The notes under the pieces are model-generated. The model searched no databases and was not told the DNA's origin. It was given only the letters and a program-made list of their open reading frames with translations. A DNA stretch of 17,803 nt from an uncultured archaeon (GTDB lineage Archaea; Asgardarchaeota; Lokiarchaeia; Sigyniarchaeales; SOKP01), in assembly GCA_964447495.1 (NCBI GenBank), contig CAYUTF010000017.1, positions 1 through 17,803 of the forward strand, in the 5' to 3' direction. Within the stretch, counting starts at the first letter, position 1. Each line of letters opens with the position of its first letter. This document shows, one piece after another, positions 15,897 to 17,803 of the stretch. The position numbers and the translations under genes were made by a program.

Positions 15897-17315
15897 TTAA
15901 CTAAATTGAGGTTTCTTTTCTTGCCACGGATTAAGTTCTTCAAATGCTTTTGATACCTGAAGGACTGTCTTATCATCCCATCTTTTCCCAATAATTTGTA
16001 ATCCAATAGGTAATCCTTCTTTAGTCCAGCCACAGGGAATTGAGGCTGCTGGAAGTCCTGCTAAATTAAATGGATAGGAGAAAGAAAACCATTCAGCCGG
16101 AGTTACACTTTTATCTCTTATTTTAGCAGGAAATTTATCACCTAGTTTAAGTGGCGGTACTCCCGTGGAGGGCGTAATCAAAACATCATAATCTTTGAAA
16201 TAATTTGCGAATTCTTCATATACTTTTTGTCTTAAATCTTCAGCTAGCTTAACATCGATTGCAGCAAACTCCAAACCAGCATCAACGAGTTTAAGAAAAT
16301 CTATATCAAGTTTATCTCTCCATTCTTTTAAATATTTCTTTAAATCGTATGCGTAACCAGAACAGACTAGGGTAGCAAATGCCTTATAAGGCTTTTTAAG
16401 TTTAATCTTTGCCTCCTCCATTGTCCAATCTATATTTTCAAACTTATCTTTCGCTTTAAGAAAATAATTCTCTACTTCCTCATCAATCGCTTTAATAAAT
16501 CCAAGGTTCAATGAATATCCCATCTTTAATTTAACAGGTTTTTCTTCAACAATTTCACTATAAAGATATTCTGGTTTAGGTAGTGAGTATTTATCAGCAA
16601 TTTCTTCCCCTGCCATTACATCAAGCATCAAAGCAGCATCTTTTACGTACCTTACCATAGGTCCATAATGATCAAGTGTTAACCAAGTAACATCATGAGT
16701 AGGATAACGAGGAATTCGACCAAATGAAGGTTTTAACCCATAAATCCCACAAAAGCTACTTGGCACCCTAATTGATCCTCCTCCATCTGATCCTAAAGCA
16801 AGTGGGCCGAGTCCAGAAGCTACCTGTGCTGCAGCTCCCCCACTCGAACCCCCTGAATTTCTGCTTAGATCCCAAGGATTTTTAGTAGGTCCAAATATTA
16901 AATTATCAGTGAGGGTCCAATATCCAAAAGCGGGTGTGTTGGTTTTACCAAGTAGTACCGCTCCAGCCTCTTTTAGCCTTTTTACGACAATCTCATCAAC
17001 ATCAGGTATGTAATTTTCGTATATTTTGCATCCAAAAGTAGTTCTTATTCCCTTGGTTAACATTAAATCTTTTATACTGATAGGAATACCATTTAAAAGC
17101 CCTATTTTCTTACCGCTCTTAATTGCATTATCTGCGTCGCTAGCCATTTTTCTGGCTAATTCAAAGGTAGTGGTACAGTATGCATTGATTAAAGGGTTTA
17201 TTTTCTCAATTCTCTGTATAAATAGTTCTGTTATTTCTACAGAGGTAAATTCACCATTCTTAATCATATCTCGAATCTTGAAAGCTGGCAAAAAACAGAT
17301 TTCTTCATCTTTCAT
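15897..17315 (-). CDS. Amidase signature family enzyme
   Basis: GIPISIKD (Lys), GKTNTP, SGGSSGG and GSDGGGSIRVPSS (Ser-cisSer-Lys triad), GLPIGLQIIG. Confidence 0.93.
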   Translation of the reverse strand: MKDEEICFLPAFKIRDMIKNGEFTSVEITELFIQRIEKINPLINAYCTTTFELARKMASDADNAIKSGKKIGLLNGIPISIKDLMLTKGIRTTFGCKIYENYIPDVDEIVVKRLKEAGAVLLGKTNTPAFGYWTLTDNLIFGPTKNPWDLSRNSGGSSGGAAAQVASGLGPLALGSDGGGSIRVPSSFCGIYGLKPSFGRIPRYPTHDVTWLTLDHYGPMVRYVKDAALMLDVMAGEEIADKYSLPKPEYLYSEIVEEKPVKLKMGYSLNLGFIKAIDEEVENYFLKAKDKFENIDWTMEEAKIKLKKPYKAFATLVCSGYAYDLKKYLKEWRDKLDIDFLKLVDAGLEFAAIDVKLAEDLRQKVYEEFANYFKDYDVLITPSTGVPPLKLGDKFPAKIRDKSVTPAEWFSFSYPFNLAGLPAASIPCGWTKEGLPIGLQIIGKRWDDKTVLQVSKAFEELNPWQEKKPQFS

Positions 17316-17501
17316 ATTTTTTCTATCAACAATTAATTAATTAATTGAAATAATTAATAGTAAATTCATATATATATGATGATCTTATAAATTGAAATTC
17401 ATAATATGTCATCAGATTAGAAATTAATAAAAAAAATTATATAAATTTCAATTCACTATATTGGAATATATCTTATAATATAAAGAAAGAACTCGAGAAA
17501 A

Positions 17502-17803
17502 TTGAAGTATAAACATAAACTTATCTTTTTGATGTCAATTCTTAGTATTCTATTTTTAATATCAGCAGTGAACGTAAATGTCAAAGCTCAAGAGGGATAT
17601 AATATAGCACTAAATGAAAATGAGGAATTTACTTGGGAAGTAACTGAATTAGATCTGTCAAATTTTGAAAGAATATTAGGTTTTGAACCAAATTTTGCTT
17701 TAGGAGATAGAATTAGAGTGATCATAAGGAATATTGATGAAAGAACAGCTGGTTGGTCACTTACAGTAGAGTTTTGGGATTATAAAATGGATTGGGGTCA
17801 AAG
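17502..17803 (+). CDS. Secreted or surface protein (N-terminal fragment, runs off the window)
   Basis: TTG at 17502 opens MKYKHKLIFLMSILSILFLISAVNVNVKA|QEGYNIALNENEEFTWEV... with a Sec-type signal peptide (VKA cleavage); no stop before the window end. Not in the ORF track. Confidence 0.75.
   Translation, partial: MKYKHKLIFLMSILSILFLISAVNVNVKAQEGYNIALNENEEFTWEVTELDLSNFERILGFEPNFALGDRIRVIIRNIDERTAGWSLTVEFWDYKMDWGQ

Noticed and set aside
15897-17315. Calling the amidase gatA because gltX is nearby
   Set aside because: No gatB or gatC is adjacent, and it has GKTNTPAFG rather than the GatA-type GKTNMDEF motif.
17026-17340. 104-aa ORF on +
   Set aside because: Antisense to the amidase.
1-17803. 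Genome-wide UGA reassignment
   Set aside because: TGA ends several otherwise complete ORFs (stops at 262, 4160 and 7466), and no conserved gene contains an internal TGA.

Overview
AT-rich archaeal chromosomal window. Gene content and style point to an Asgard archaeon, most likely Lokiarchaeia/Promethearchaeota (an inference, not a database result). It is mostly housekeeping: 3' end of an M29 aminopeptidase, a histone, a DUF4443-type wHTH protein, a JAMM metalloprotease, a proteasome beta subunit, rps8e, hypA, srp19, tRNA-Pro(GGG), tRNA-Arg(GCG), an aldo/keto reductase, MtxX, a CPBP/CAAX protease, gltX, a stand-alone Lrp/AsnC ligand-binding domain, a HAD hydrolase, a sugar nucleotidyltransferase, an amidase and several membrane or secreted hypotheticals. 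No mobile element or CRISPR array was seen. Highlights: (1) tRNA-Pro carries a 31-nt insert in the variable-loop region that folds as a relaxed BHB intron at 43/44; (2) the CAAX protease has an unannotated N-terminal double zinc ribbon reachable only from an AUA start or by reading through an in-frame UGA; (3) two more genes have SD-positioned AUA codons; (4) one protein looks like an adaptin/coatomer appendage fused to a zinc ribbon; (5) the methanogen marker MtxX occurs in an apparent non-methanogen.
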